64,000 bases of DNA from Candidatus Binataceae bacterium (GCA_050011435.1 JBEKJC010000006.1:86754-150753), one strand, 5' to 3'. Counted from the first letter of the stretch, positions 10,301-20,059 are shown. A program made the numbers and translations. The notes: generated by a model not told the origin, from the sequence alone.

Positions 10301-10406
10301 TCGCGCTAATCGCGGTTGACGACGCCGCGTTACTCGAACGCATCATCTTGCGAATGCATAATTCTGCCGATGCCAAGGCTTGCGCGGCCGCCTCCTCCTG
10401 CCTCAT
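7323..10406 (-). CDS. Large polytopic membrane protein: tandem fusion of two GT-C-fold glycosyltransferase modules (C-terminal half PMT/GT39-like with FDEVHF motif)
   Basis: 1027-aa continuous ORF, hydrophobic throughout. The C-terminal half has the PMT-family DE motif (FDEVHFVGQARHY) and a PMT_4TMC-like tail. The N-terminal half has a first-loop DYPPGYLY motif, as in GT87/Gpi18-like families. A low-complexity hydrophilic linker (AEEEGGAPKKSAAKVAAIGKAG) joins them. Confidence 0.7.
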   Translation of the reverse strand: MRQEEAAAQALASAELCIRKMMRSSNAASSTAISAIGLAIAFATLAMPRSAYAYAAGQSAPMATGKPAGVVAGAILAALLCYALWLLARPLVHERDRDLKRVLLLLTGLLALKAFALSLFSGFSVDLGTYEAWALKITAVGPARTYQQGYFLDYPPGYLYALWAAGALASALGIDGGQALKVIIQMPPLIGDFALALAVYLFVRRLLGLRSAWIALALVALNPALLFDSVVWGQTDSPLTLTLFLSVAMMLEAEFEVGWGLAALAVLIKPQAFSLMPMLGLWTLLRLEPRKWWRSILAFAAIVVIGAAPFQIGHPLSWLPDLYVSGAAYYRETSVNAFNLMALIGGLRESDAQTVFGISYFAIGMTALVPFYAFVAWLLWRAPDQRNLLFCSFLAMFGFFMLAPRMHERYFYAAVVFALPLALAEPAMLGVFVLLTLTCLFNLAYVLHALQLAVFLDSRDIFAMAASLVNLVAFAAVAGYGWARANANLAGAEMAAEEEGGAPKKSAAKVAAIGKAGDTPIATSHGWFKLGPPPAETYTPFPWLHTDTIVLFVVLAVAAALRFWHLGHPNELVFDEVHFVGQARHYLRGETFLDPHPPLAKILIVLGIKLFGDVPWAWRLGVATMGTILAGVTYLLGRRMFRSRLAAALAASFIVSDGFFLVDSRIAVIDIVYLTFAAISYLLMFRFIQNPDWRDRRRTLVFLGISLGLCLGSKLYVPAIAFMLVTGFIVYTLARPELARAKAISAKVRDRRIAGAVLMLGGIAAVFYLACFLPHYYLGWWGGIADLFHYYKDVMWYEKSVSTATHPYASPWWSWPLMLRPVAYWQNFPDKGDVATIWGAGNPILWWGVIPAMTITAVRALERPGLTRTFLVIGYLANFVIWIPIGRILFLYHYMPSIFLGYLALGAILADFWEGNCELWETFAVLLTMLPALALGLGHIAVALKPSFISESLRPAAGLPFVLLLTFAWIPLRKRPQLSGRFVCLAFLGCAFGIFIYYLPVWIALPIARAGYYARMWLEGPGLRNWI

Positions 10407-10573
10407 CGTACGGCCATCGCCATCGCTCGCGGGTGTTCACCGAAAAAAACGACAACCGCCTCGCGCGCGGAGATAACATATCGCAGGGTGAATGGCAGAT
10501 GAACGGGCGCGGTGCGCGTCTATCCGCGCAGAGGTTGTTGAGGAACTTAAGACCTTTGGTTTCTTTCCGGACA

Positions 10574-10780
10574 CTGAAACCGCATTGAGGTTTCAGACTC
10601 CCCTCTGGTAAAGATGCGGGCTTCGCCCTGTAAAAAGGGGCCGCATAAGATTGCGAGATCGCTCAGCGCCGAACGCATGATACAGGATGCGGGCGATGAT
10701 AGCGGGATCGAGCAGCGCGAGCAGTCCGAAAAATCAGGTCAAGCAAGACTGTTGGGCTGCTGGTCAATCATTGAAAAACG
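10574..10780. repeat. Intergenic repeat element, copy 2 (divergent promoter region)
   Basis: Contains CTGAAACCGCATTGAGGTTTCAGACTCCCC, GATGCGGGCTTCGCCCTGTAAAAA, ATCGAGCAGCGCGAGCAGTCCGAAAAATCAGGTCAAGCAAGACTGTTGGGCTGCTGGTCAATCATTGAAAAACG. Confidence 0.8.
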
Positions 10781-10843
10781 CAACTGGCGGGTGACGCCAT
10801 CGGCGATCTATGATTGTGCCTGCCACAAAGGAGACAAATCCGC

Positions 10844-11506
10844 ATGAAGCTTGTTCACGCCACTTGGGAACCGTCGGGCCCCGGCCCGTTTCCGACGATT
10901 TTCGCGATGCATGGGTGGGGCTCCAACGCGATGGACCTGCAGGGGCTCGCGCCATTCGTCGCCGACGGCCGCTTCCTCGTCATCTGCCCGCAAGGATCGT
11001 TCGAAGTCGAAATCGGTGCGATCAACGGATATGGCTGGTACCAGATGCGCCCGGGTTCGCAGCCCGACCCTGAGAAAGTCGATGTGGCAGTGGATCAATT
11101 GCGCGAGTTCATCGACGACGCTTGTGCACGCTATCCGGTTGATCCGAGCAAGATCGTGGTGGCGGGATTCAGCCAGGGCGGCTATATGGCGTACAGCCTC
11201 GCGATGCGCTGGCCGGAGCGCTTCGCCGCGCTGGTCGGAATCGCGACCGCGTTTCCCGAGCGCCTCACGAGCCTGGTCACGAATCATGAGGCGGTGCAGA
11301 AATTGCCCACGATGGTGCAGCATGGACGCGCCGACCAGGCGATTGATATGACCCGCGCGCGCAAGTCGGTTGAGGCGCTGCGTGAACTGAAAGTGCCGGT
11401 TGTATTTCGCGAGTACGATTGCGGTCATGAAGTCGCGGCCGACGGCATACGCGATCTCTCCGCCTTCCTGATCGACAAGGTCGCGGGGCCGATCAAACAG
11501 CCGTAG
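10844..11506 (+). CDS. Phospholipase/carboxylesterase family alpha/beta hydrolase
   Basis: GFSQGG nucleophile elbow with a conserved His near the C-terminus. GGAG SD before the ATG at 10844. Confidence 0.8.
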   Translation: MKLVHATWEPSGPGPFPTIFAMHGWGSNAMDLQGLAPFVADGRFLVICPQGSFEVEIGAINGYGWYQMRPGSQPDPEKVDVAVDQLREFIDDACARYPVDPSKIVVAGFSQGGYMAYSLAMRWPERFAALVGIATAFPERLTSLVTNHEAVQKLPTMVQHGRADQAIDMTRARKSVEALRELKVPVVFREYDCGHEVAADGIRDLSAFLIDKVAGPIKQP

Positions 11507-11537
11507 CGGCCGGCCGCGTTTTGTTGGATTTTCGCGC

Positions 11538-12341
11538 ATGAGCGATGACACTTCGCAGGCCGCCGATCGGGAATTCGCGCGACTCTTGACTGTGCTGCGG
11601 GAACTTCGGCAGCGCTGCCCCTGGGATCGCGAGCAGACTATCGCGAGTCTCGGCAAGCATCTGGTCGAAGAGGCTTACGAGGCGCTCGACGCGATCGAGC
11701 GCGACAACGGGCACGCGATCGTCGATGAGTTGGGCGACCTCATCGCGCAGGTACTCGCGGTCGCCGTGATCGCGGAGGAGCGGCAGCGCTTTCGCATCGC
11801 GGAGCTGTTCCAATGGGCGGCCGACAAACTCGTGCGACGCCATCCACACGTTTACGGGGACACCGAGGCGGCGACCTCCGCCGACGTCATCGATAACTGG
11901 AACCGCATCAAGCAGGAAGAACGCGCGGTAGCTGGGGCGACCTCGGCCCTCGACGGCGTCGCGCGGGCGATGCCGGCGCTCGCGCGGGCGGAAAAGCTCG
12001 GTTCGCGCGCGCGTCACGCCGGGATGGACTGGCACGACATTCACGATGTGCTCGCCAAGGTGCGCGAGGAGATGGACGAGGTCGAGGGCGCGCTCGCGAA
12101 CAACGATACTGACGCGGCGGCCGGCGAACTCGGCGATATGCTGCTCGCGTTGGCGAATGCGCCCCGCTTCATCGATCACAACGCGGAGGAGACGCTGCGG
12201 CGCGCGTGCGACAAGTTCACCCGGCGTTTCGTTGCGGTCGAGCAACTCGCGGAGAGTCGCGGACTCGACTTGAAGCAGATGCACCCCGAGGAGATCGACG
12301 CCCTCTGGAATGAGGCGAAGCAAAATTTGCGTGGGAACTAA
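11538..12341 (+). CDS. mazG: Nucleoside triphosphate pyrophosphohydrolase MazG
   Basis: Tandem MazG domains (EExxEALDAIE, RRHPHVYGD, EExGDxLLAL). Confidence 0.85.
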   Translation: MSDDTSQAADREFARLLTVLRELRQRCPWDREQTIASLGKHLVEEAYEALDAIERDNGHAIVDELGDLIAQVLAVAVIAEERQRFRIAELFQWAADKLVRRHPHVYGDTEAATSADVIDNWNRIKQEERAVAGATSALDGVARAMPALARAEKLGSRARHAGMDWHDIHDVLAKVREEMDEVEGALANNDTDAAAGELGDMLLALANAPRFIDHNAEETLRRACDKFTRRFVAVEQLAESRGLDLKQMHPEEIDALWNEAKQNLRGN

Positions 12342-12342
12342 C

Positions 12343-12537
12343 ATGAAGCTACGCCGCGCTGCTGCGCTTGTGCTTGTGCTCCTGCCGATTCTCAATGGAT
12401 GCGGCTCTGACTCCGAGTCTCAGCGGCCACACTTCGTCGATCATTTCTGTCCGGGAGCTTGTCCGCCCTCTACCAATGAGGTCCGATTTCCTGCGGAGAG
12501 TATTCGTGTTCGGACTTATGGACAGCAACGATATTAA
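12343..12537 (+). CDS. Possible small lipoprotein (atypical codon usage)
   Basis: MKLRRAAALVLVLLPILNGC lipobox. A/T-ending codons unlike neighbouring genes and a weak SD. May be spurious. Confidence 0.25.
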   Translation: MKLRRAAALVLVLLPILNGCGSDSESQRPHFVDHFCPGACPPSTNEVRFPAESIRVRTYGQQRY

Positions 12538-12642
12538 GACACCCTGCATTTCAAACTAAGGCACTCAGCCCGAAATTAACCCAGTACCCTATAGACTACA
12601 GATATTGATCGGGGGCGCGCGGGCTGTTAGGTATGACTGGTT

Positions 12643-12957
12643 ATGCCGCATATTCCAATTCATCCGTCAGCCGAGAAGCGCCACCGCCAGAGCCTGAAGC
12701 GCCAGCAGCGCAATCGCTCGATCAAGACCCGCGTACGGACCGCCTCCAAGAACGCCCTTGAGGCGATCGAGGGCAGCGACAAGCAGGCCGCCGCGACCGC
12801 GCTACAGAACGCAATGAAGGTGCTTTACAAGGCCGCGAGCAAGGGCACGCTGCGCAAAAATACGGTCGCGCGCAAGGTTGCGCGTCTCTCGCGTCGCTAC
12901 CATCGCACGCACGAAGCGGCAAAGTCGGAGTCCGCGCCGGCCGCATCGAAGAGCTAG
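12643..12957 (+). CDS. rpsT: 30S ribosomal protein S20
   Basis: Basic KRHRQSLKRQQRNRSIK N-terminus and an AxxKGxxHKNxAARxxxRL core typical of bS20. Confidence 0.85.
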   Translation: MPHIPIHPSAEKRHRQSLKRQQRNRSIKTRVRTASKNALEAIEGSDKQAAATALQNAMKVLYKAASKGTLRKNTVARKVARLSRRYHRTHEAAKSESAPAASKS

Positions 12958-12982
12958 TCGTTTCTGCTCGGCCGGCGGCTCG

Positions 12983-14053
12983 TCAGCTTTCCGCCGGCGC
13001 CATCAGATCAAGCAGCATCGATGAAATGGCCGATTCACGCTCGTGAATCAGGCCATTCTTGAATTTTGCGTCGAGCTCGCAGGCGCGCCTATGCGCGCGC
13101 ATCAGACGCTGCGCACCGAAGCGCCGTCCACCATCAACCGCGCGCACGACTAACTGGCTGGTCGGCTGCATCCCCAGGACGCGGGCCACATCGGCGGGAG
13201 ACTTGCGCTTTTCCAGCATCGACGCCGCCACCAACATCCGCCGCACCAGCGGAATTACCTCGACCGCGAGAACTTCGATAGGATCGCGCCCGGTCTGAAT
13301 CGCTCGATCGAAGAGTGCCAGCGCCTCGTCCGGTCGGCCGCGCGCCACGCTCTCCGCCAATTCGAACAAATCCGGAATTCGCGTGGGGCCCCCAGCCCCA
13401 AAGTCCGAGCTTTCGATCTTGGCGCCATCGGCGCTCGAGATTGCGGCCTTGGCGAGCGCGTTGGAAATCGCAGCGAGGTCGCTGCCATGACGCCCGATCA
13501 GCAGATCGATTGCGGTTGACGTCAGTTTGAGCCCGAGCTTTTGCGCGAAGACTTCGACGTACTGTCCGATTTGATTATCATACGGCCGTAGGCAGTTGAT
13601 GACCGTGCCGATCTTCTCAACCACTCGCCGAATCTTCGCCGGCGCGTTGTCGCGCTCATAGACCAGGGCGACGTGTACCGGTCCGGATATCCGTTCCAGC
13701 GCGGCGCCCAGCGCTGATTCATCGGCAGCACCACCGGATTTGCCTTCGACGCCGTCGCCGTCATCATCATCGGCGGCACTCGCTCGTTCGCGATGGGTTT
13801 TCAGGACGCGACACGCGATCAGCCGCTTGGGTGCGAAGAGGTCGGCGCCTTCGAGTTCGCTGATCGCGCCGCCATATCCGTCGGCGCCGCCGACCTGAAA
13901 CGGCCGGTACTGGAAACCCGCGGACGCCAGATGCAGGCGCACGGTATCGAGGACGTATTCGCGCAGGAACGGCTGGGGCCCGGCGATCAGAAATACCGGC
14001 GGAGCCGCACGCCCGCCGCCGCGCAGAAAGGCGAGCGCGTTCTCAACCGCCAT
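12983..14053 (-). CDS. holA: DNA polymerase III subunit delta
   Basis: HolA-like N-terminus (VFLIAGPQPFLREYVLD). Conserved gene order lptE-holA. Confidence 0.8.
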   Translation of the reverse strand: MAVENALAFLRGGGRAAPPVFLIAGPQPFLREYVLDTVRLHLASAGFQYRPFQVGGADGYGGAISELEGADLFAPKRLIACRVLKTHRERASAADDDDGDGVEGKSGGAADESALGAALERISGPVHVALVYERDNAPAKIRRVVEKIGTVINCLRPYDNQIGQYVEVFAQKLGLKLTSTAIDLLIGRHGSDLAAISNALAKAAISSADGAKIESSDFGAGGPTRIPDLFELAESVARGRPDEALALFDRAIQTGRDPIEVLAVEVIPLVRRMLVAASMLEKRKSPADVARVLGMQPTSQLVVRAVDGGRRFGAQRLMRAHRRACELDAKFKNGLIHERESAISSMLLDLMAPAES

Positions 14054-14106
14054 CGCGCGCTTCCCGGCAAATCGATTCGCGAGCGCGCCCCGAACTCATC
14101 GGCCGG

Positions 14107-14793
14107 CTAAAAGCCCTCGCTCATCGAGGAGTAGAGATTCTGCGCCAGCATCTGCATCGCCTGCTCCTGCGAGGACGCCTGCTGACTTTGAGCGACCTGG
14201 ATATCCTGCATGCTCGCGATCTCCCGCGAGCGCAGGTTTTGCTGCACGAAATACGGCGACGTGGTCACCACGGCTTCGCCCACCGTCGGTGTTTGCTGGC
14301 TGCTGCTGATGCCGTGCGTGGCCCAGATTACCTTGTGGTCATGGGCGTCGGTCAACTTCGCATCGGCGCTGATCGTCTGCGTATAGATGGTCGGTTCGCT
14401 GGCCGAGTTGAAGCCTACTGGCAGCGAATCCGAATAGACGATGTCGCCGCTCAGGACGAGGTCGGCCTCCGACGCGCTATCGACCATTTCGAGGCGCTTG
14501 TGATTCGCGATCTCGTCTTCGACGAAGCGCATGAACTCGTCGTTGATGCCGGTGTGGCGCGTGCGATTACCGAACCTCTCGACGTAAATGGTTTTCGCCT
14601 GGGGCGGCAGCCCGCTGCCCTCGGCCGCGAAATGATAGCCGCACCCTGACGCAACGATCGCAATCGCGGCCAGCGCGATCCGCGAAATTATTGCGGAAGG
14701 CTGCGCGCATGCACCGATCCGCGCAAACGCTCGGTGGATCGGCGGCGCACCCTGATTAAGCCTGGTGGGGTTTGGCCGGATTACTTTCCTCAC
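14107..14793 (-). CDS. lptE: LPS-assembly lipoprotein LptE
   Basis: Lipobox IVASGCGYHF (E. coli LptE has SGCGWHL). LptE-like fold region GDIVYSDSLPVG. Sits between nusB and holA. The start overlaps nusB by 38 nt and the N-region is unusually long, so the true start is uncertain. Confidence 0.6.
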   Translation of the reverse strand: MRKVIRPNPTRLNQGAPPIHRAFARIGACAQPSAIISRIALAAIAIVASGCGYHFAAEGSGLPPQAKTIYVERFGNRTRHTGINDEFMRFVEDEIANHKRLEMVDSASEADLVLSGDIVYSDSLPVGFNSASEPTIYTQTISADAKLTDAHDHKVIWATHGISSSQQTPTVGEAVVTTSPYFVQQNLRSREIASMQDIQVAQSQQASSQEQAMQMLAQNLYSSMSEGF

Positions 14794-15208
14794 CTTTTTC
14801 CTTCAGCCTGAGCCGCGTCGCAACCTGATCGAGCACGCCGTTGACGAAGCGACCCGATTCCTGGTCGCCATAAGTCTTGGCCAGTTCGATCGCCTCATCG
14901 ATAGTTACGCGCGCGGGAATGTCTTCCATCCGCTGCAATTCGAAAATCGCGAGCCGCAAAATATTATGATCGACGCGCGAGAGCCGTCCAATCGACCAGT
15001 GCTCGAGCACGTCGGCAATCTGCTTGTCCAGGGCGGCCTGCTCTCCGCGCACTCCCGTCACCAGATTTACCGCGAACTTGCGCGCCACGTCCTCGGCCGG
15101 AAATGTATCGAAGAACAGCGCGAGGTCCTCGGTCGAGGCGCCGCCGCGCAGATCGATTTGATACAACGCCTTGAGCGCGAGTTCGCGGCCTATGTGTCTG
15201 GTTCCCAT
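14756..15208 (-). CDS. nusB: Transcription antitermination factor NusB
   Basis: GRELALKALYQIDLRGG...RLAIFEL NusB signature. Confidence 0.9.
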   Translation of the reverse strand: MGTRHIGRELALKALYQIDLRGGASTEDLALFFDTFPAEDVARKFAVNLVTGVRGEQAALDKQIADVLEHWSIGRLSRVDHNILRLAIFELQRMEDIPARVTIDEAIELAKTYGDQESGRFVNGVLDQVATRLRLKEKGEESNPAKPHQA

Positions 15209-15285
15209 CGTCGCAATCGTGTCGAGGCGCCGTCAAATCCCCGCGATGCAGTGCGGGCGTCTGCGCGCCGACGCGCTCCCGGCCG

Positions 15286-16506
15286 TCAAGTGGCGACCTT
15301 GAGTTGCGTGAACATGTGGCCGAGCTTTTCCTTCTTGGTGCGCAGATAATCGATGTTGCCGATGTGCGGCACCACTTCGAGCGGCACCCGCGTCACGGTC
15401 ACGCCATAACGTTGCAGGCTTTCAATCTTGTGCGGATTGTTGGTCAGCAGACGGACTTCTCCGATCCCCAAATCGCGCAGAATCTGCGCCCCGATTCCAT
15501 AGTCGCGCAGGTCGTCCTTGAAGCCCAGTTCCAGGTTCGCTTCGACCGTATCGAGACCCTGATCCTGCAACGCGTAGGCCTTGATTTTGTTTCCGAGCCC
15601 GATCCCGCGCCCCTCCTGATGGAGGTAGATGATGACGCCGGCCTCCGCCGCCATTATCTGCTGGATCGATTGAGAGAGTTGCTCGCCGCAATCGCAGCGG
15701 TTGGAACTGAAAACGTCGCCGGTCAGGCATTCGGAATGCAATCGAACCAGAGCCGGACGGCCATTGCCGACGTTGCCCTTGACCAGCGCCAGATGCTCGC
15801 GTCCATCGACGATATTGCGGAAGACGACCGCTTGAAGATCACCTTCCGGAAGGGTGAAACGGCTTTCGCCGACCCGCTGAACCAGGATTTCGTTGGTCAG
15901 GCGATGGGAGACGAGCTGGCTGGTGAATATCAGCGGAAGTTCGTGGGTGGTGGCAAACTCGCGCAGTTCAGGCAGGCCCGCCGATTCGCCGTCTTCACGC
16001 AGAATCGCACAGAGCGCGGCCGCCGGACGCATCCCCGCACTGCGCACGAGATCGACCGCTCCTTCAGCGCGCCCCATCCGCATCATCACGCCGCCGCTCA
16101 GCGCCATCAAGGGCAGCACATGACCCGGCATCACGAGGTCTTCGGGTCCGGATTTGTCGGCGGCAAGCACTCCGATCGTCATGGAGCGATCGGCGGCTGA
16201 GATTCCCGTCGTGACGCCTTCGCGCGCTTCGACCAGGGCCCCGGCCTGCTCGACCATTTCGCCGCCGAGACTCGACGGCACCAGTGGGATACCGAGTTCT
16301 CGCAGGCGCTTTTCGGGAAGCGCGACCGAGACCACGCCACGCCCCTGCGTCACCATGAAATTTACATGTTGCGGAGTGACTTTCTCCGCCGCCATCACCA
16401 GATCGCCTTCGGCGTTCTCGCTGTCGTCTGAAACCAGCACGACCATGCGGGCGGCGCGAATCTGGCTGAAGACGTCCTCCAATACCGTTGCGATCACTTG
16501 TTTCAC
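15286..16506 (-). CDS. ribBA: Bifunctional 3,4-dihydroxy-2-butanone-4-phosphate synthase / GTP cyclohydrolase II
   Basis: RibB motifs ([22 protein letters not shown]) and the RibA Zn motif ([18 protein letters not shown]). Start taken at the GTG just downstream of the ribD stop. The ORF 5' extension is non-homologous. Confidence 0.85.
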   Translation of the reverse strand: MKQVIATVLEDVFSQIRAARMVVLVSDDSENAEGDLVMAAEKVTPQHVNFMVTQGRGVVSVALPEKRLRELGIPLVPSSLGGEMVEQAGALVEAREGVTTGISAADRSMTIGVLAADKSGPEDLVMPGHVLPLMALSGGVMMRMGRAEGAVDLVRSAGMRPAAALCAILREDGESAGLPELREFATTHELPLIFTSQLVSHRLTNEILVQRVGESRFTLPEGDLQAVVFRNIVDGREHLALVKGNVGNGRPALVRLHSECLTGDVFSSNRCDCGEQLSQSIQQIMAAEAGVIIYLHQEGRGIGLGNKIKAYALQDQGLDTVEANLELGFKDDLRDYGIGAQILRDLGIGEVRLLTNNPHKIESLQRYGVTVTRVPLEVVPHIGNIDYLRTKKEKLGHMFTQLKVAT

Positions 16507-16538
16507 TCTCCGAACGACAATCTTATCACCGGGATCGT

Positions 16539-17702
16539 TCAGCGCAAATTCTTTCTCGAGCGTGGCGCCGGCTTCGATCCCCGCTTGCTCCGGCGTTTGA
16601 GCTTGTGCGTAGGCACACTCGCGCGCGTGACCTCGGCTTCGACCAGCAGGTCGGCGCCGATCGGGCTGGTGCGTAAATTGGTCAGGCGGACTGCGCTGCG
16701 CACCTTGCGCGACAGCAGGCCTTCGACCGCCGGCAAACCGCATCCGAGGATAAGCGGCGCAATAAAAAATGCCACGCGATCGACGATCCCGGCGGCAAGC
16801 GCGGCGCCGGCCAGATGTGCGCCGCCTTCAAGCAGAATCTTCGACCACCCGCGACCTGCGAATTCGCGCATCAGGGCAGTCAAATCGATCTTGCCGGCCG
16901 CGGATTTCGCCGTCACAATTTCCACCGGACCGCCGGCTCGGCGCGGTCTAACGAAACGGCGTTCGGCGCGCCCGCGATTCACTGGCGTCGTGACGATTAT
17001 TGTCGGTGCCGGCGAGCGTTGACGAAAGACCGTCGCCGCGGCGGGCGTTCTCAATCGCCCATCGATAATCACCCGCGCCGGATCGCGACCGCCCGCAATG
17101 CGGCAGGTCAGGCGCGGATTGTCGGCGATTACCGTCGCCGCACCAACCATCACCGCATCGGCTTCGCGGCGCCATCGATGGACCAGTACGCGCGATTCGG
17201 GCGAGCTGATCCAGCGCGAGTCGCCGCCCGCGGCCGCGATGCGGCCGTCGAGCGAGGTCGCGAGCTTGAGCGTGACGAACGGACGTCCACGCGTCACTCG
17301 GGCGAAGAAGCCCTCGTTCAGGCTGCGGCATTCGTCCTCGAGCACACCCTCGGTGACCGCGATTCCCACCGCACGAAGAATCGCGGTACCGCGGCCGCGC
17401 ACGGCGGGATACGGATCGCGACAGCCCACGACTACGCGTACGACTCCCGCATCGACCAGCGCGCGCGCACACGGTGGAGTCTGCCCCTGATGGGCGCACG
17501 GTTCGAGCGTGACATAAGCCGTCGCTCCGCGGGCGCGATTACCCGCCTCTGCCAATGCATTGGTCTCCGCATGCGGACGTCCGCCGGCGACCGTTGCACC
17601 CTGCCCGACAATCACGCCGTCGCGCACGATGACACAGCCGACAGCCGGGTTGGGCGTCGTCAGACCCAGCATCGGGCGCGCCAGATTCAGAGCCTCGCGC
17701 AT
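16539..17702 (-). CDS. ribD: Riboflavin biosynthesis protein RibD (deaminase/reductase)
   Basis: CMP/dCMP deaminase Zn motif ([11 protein letters not shown]...[14 protein letters not shown]) plus the RibG reductase domain. Starts MREALNLAR. Confidence 0.9.
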   Translation of the reverse strand: MREALNLARPMLGLTTPNPAVGCVIVRDGVIVGQGATVAGGRPHAETNALAEAGNRARGATAYVTLEPCAHQGQTPPCARALVDAGVVRVVVGCRDPYPAVRGRGTAILRAVGIAVTEGVLEDECRSLNEGFFARVTRGRPFVTLKLATSLDGRIAAAGGDSRWISSPESRVLVHRWRREADAVMVGAATVIADNPRLTCRIAGGRDPARVIIDGRLRTPAAATVFRQRSPAPTIIVTTPVNRGRAERRFVRPRRAGGPVEIVTAKSAAGKIDLTALMREFAGRGWSKILLEGGAHLAGAALAAGIVDRVAFFIAPLILGCGLPAVEGLLSRKVRSAVRLTNLRTSPIGADLLVEAEVTRASVPTHKLKRRSKRGSKPAPRSRKNLR

Positions 17703-17838
17703 AAAACGCTCATCGCGCTCACGCTCCACCGGCGTCCGCACCGGGGCGTCCGCGCTGGAGGCCGGGGCGGCTGATGATCGACGGGGTGCCACTGGAGCAG
17801 TTTCTCACCAACGAGCGTGGTTGAAGTATGGTCGGAGA

Positions 17839-18366
17839 TTACGAGATCGGATCGCCCTTTTTTTCGCGCGGTCGCGGCGTATCGATCAGATTTTCCTCGC
17901 GCAGGTTGTCCTTGCGCAGACGGATCAGATCCTCGAGCTCGTGCATGAATTCATCGATGTCCTTGAACGATCGATAGACCGACGCGAAGCGCACGTAGGC
18001 GACCTGATCAATCCCGTGCAGTTCGTTCATCACGGCGCTGCCGACGAACGAACTCGGCACTTCCTTACCCCCGAGTTCAGCGGCCGCAGCCTCGATGCGG
18101 TCGGCAATCTGCTCGATCGTCTCCATCGAGACCGGCCGCTTCTCGCACGCGCGCTTGATTCCCGCGATGACCTTGAGGCGATCGTAAGGCTCGCGGCGAT
18201 TATCCTTCTTGACCACCATCGGCGCGGCCTCTTCAACCCGCTCGTAAGTGGTGAAACGCCGCTTGCACGAGTAGCACATGCGGCGGCGCCGGATCGTCGA
18301 GCCGTCGCCCGACATCCGGGAATCGACGACGCGGTTACCACGATGGCGGCAGAAGGGGCAGCGCAT
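17839..18366 (-). CDS. nrdR: Transcriptional repressor NrdR
   Basis: MRCPFCxxxxxRVVDSR zinc ribbon and ATP-cone. Conserved nrdR-ribD linkage. Confidence 0.95.
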   Translation of the reverse strand: MRCPFCRHRGNRVVDSRMSGDGSTIRRRRMCYSCKRRFTTYERVEEAAPMVVKKDNRREPYDRLKVIAGIKRACEKRPVSMETIEQIADRIEAAAAELGGKEVPSSFVGSAVMNELHGIDQVAYVRFASVYRSFKDIDEFMHELEDLIRLRKDNLREENLIDTPRPREKKGDPIS

Positions 18367-18583
18367 GACTAGAGTTTATCGCGAACGCGCGCTGCGGAGC
18401 ATCGCGGCGCTGCGCCCGATAGCAGGCGGCGCGAGGCAGTTTCGCATCCACGCGAGGCTACTTCGCGCGGGCGAAAGTTCGGCCCGCCGGCGTTGAGTCC
18501 GGTGGGCCAAATCAAAGCGCAATGGCCGCGGAACCCCACGGCCACCAATTGTTTGCGGAAACGTGCGGGGTAAGCGGCGGCGC

Positions 18584-18823
18584 TCAGCTCTTGTGCGCCT
18601 CTATATAGGTGACGACATCCTTGACGGTGCGGATTTTCTCGGCGTCCTCGTCCGAGATCTCCATACCGTATTCTTCCTCAAGGGCCATCACGAGTTCGAC
18701 GATATCGAGCGAATCGGCGCCGAGGTCTTCGATAAAGGAGGCCTCAGAGGTCACTTCATCCGCTGCCACACCGAGCTGCTCGCTGATAATCTCACGAACC
18801 TTCGATTCGACGTCACCGGCCAT
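18584..18823 (-). CDS. acpP: Acyl carrier protein
   Basis: [20 protein letters not shown] phosphopantetheine-attachment motif. GGAGGG SD. Confidence 0.95.
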   Translation of the reverse strand: MAGDVESKVREIISEQLGVAADEVTSEASFIEDLGADSLDIVELVMALEEEYGMEISDEDAEKIRTVKDVVTYIEAHKS

Positions 18824-19078
18824 CGTATTATCATCCCTCCTGCCTGCCCGGGCATTTGCTGCCAGAGCCGGGAATCGTAACCGCCGCCGGGCGCCCACCC
18901 GGATTTCCGCTCGCACTCAATTGTTCACCCCGAAGGTGTGACGACACGGTGCTGCCGCAGCGGCTTGACAGGGCAGCTTATGTACTTGGGAGCTTGCAGG
19001 CAAGTTGAATGCACCGTGGAGGCCTCAATACTTTCATGATCCCGTATTTTCCCACCGCATTCCACAATCGAAACGCGA

Positions 19079-20029
19079 TTATTCCGCGGGACCCGCCGTG
19101 AGCGCATGAATCGTCGCGCGCACCGAGGCCGCATCTTCAGCCGAGCGCACCTTGATATTGCGGTTGATCCGCCGCATCAGGCCCGCCAGTACCCGTCCCG
19201 CGCCAAATTCGATCGTTTCGGTAATGCCGGCGGCGGCCAGCGTCGCCATCGACTCTTCCCAGCGCACCGGACCGGTGATCTGTTCGAGCAGGAGCGGTTT
19301 GGCCTTCGCGGCGTCGCGATTCACCTCGGCAGTGACATTGGCGATGACGCCGAATTGCAGCGGTCGGACGGCCAGGCGATCGAGCACCGGCTCCATACCG
19401 TCGCGCGCCGGGCGCATCAGCGGGCAATGGAACGGGGCGCTCACTTTGAGTTCGACCGAGGCGCCCGCACCGCGCCCCTTGGCAGCTTCGAGAGCACGGC
19501 GAACCGCACCTGCATTGCCGGAGATAACGATCTGGCCGGGGGCGTTAAGGTTGGCGGCAACCGCGATCTCGCCATCGGTCGAGGCCTCGGCGCAGACTTC
19601 CCTGACGGCGGCAAGGTCAAGCCCGATCAGAGCGGCCATCGCACCCTGCCCCGGCGGACACGCCGCCTGCATCAGGCGGCCGCGCTCGCGCACCGCGCGC
19701 AACGCGTCGCCGAGCGTCAAGGCCCCGGCCGCGACCAGCGCGCTGTACTCGCCGAGGCTATGGCCCGCGGCCACCTCCGGCGTAATCGCGCATTCGGACT
19801 GGAACGCACGCAGTGCTGCGATCGACGTCGCGAGCGTCGCCGGCTGCGTATTCGCGGTGAGGCGCAAGTCCTCTTCGGGTCCTTCGAAGCACATCCGCGA
19901 GAGCGCAAACCCCAGCGCCTCGTCGGCCTCCTCGAAAACCCGGCGCGCGGCCGCAAACGCCTGCGCCAAATCGGCGCCCATCCCTACTTTTTGCGATCCC
20001 TGACCGGGAAACAGAAAGGCAACTTTCAT
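19079..20029 (-). CDS. fabD: Malonyl-CoA:ACP transacylase
   Basis: FPGQGSQ and GHSLGEYSALVAAG motifs. Confidence 0.9.
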   Translation of the reverse strand: MKVAFLFPGQGSQKVGMGADLAQAFAAARRVFEEADEALGFALSRMCFEGPEEDLRLTANTQPATLATSIAALRAFQSECAITPEVAAGHSLGEYSALVAAGALTLGDALRAVRERGRLMQAACPPGQGAMAALIGLDLAAVREVCAEASTDGEIAVAANLNAPGQIVISGNAGAVRRALEAAKGRGAGASVELKVSAPFHCPLMRPARDGMEPVLDRLAVRPLQFGVIANVTAEVNRDAAKAKPLLLEQITGPVRWEESMATLAAAGITETIEFGAGRVLAGLMRRINRNIKVRSAEDAASVRATIHALTAGPAE

Positions 20030-20059
20030 CTTTATTGGATACTTCTTGGCGGCATGCTT

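Noticed and set aside
12958-12990. GC-rich inverted repeat GCCGGCGG..CCGCCGGC after rpsT as a terminator
   Set aside because: No U-tract follows. It could still be a bidirectional terminator with holA, but the evidence is weak.
17703-17838. Searched for an FMN riboswitch upstream of ribD
   Set aside because: The spacer is only 136 nt and lacks the conserved RFN-element motifs. The ORF-caller extension of ribD covers it.
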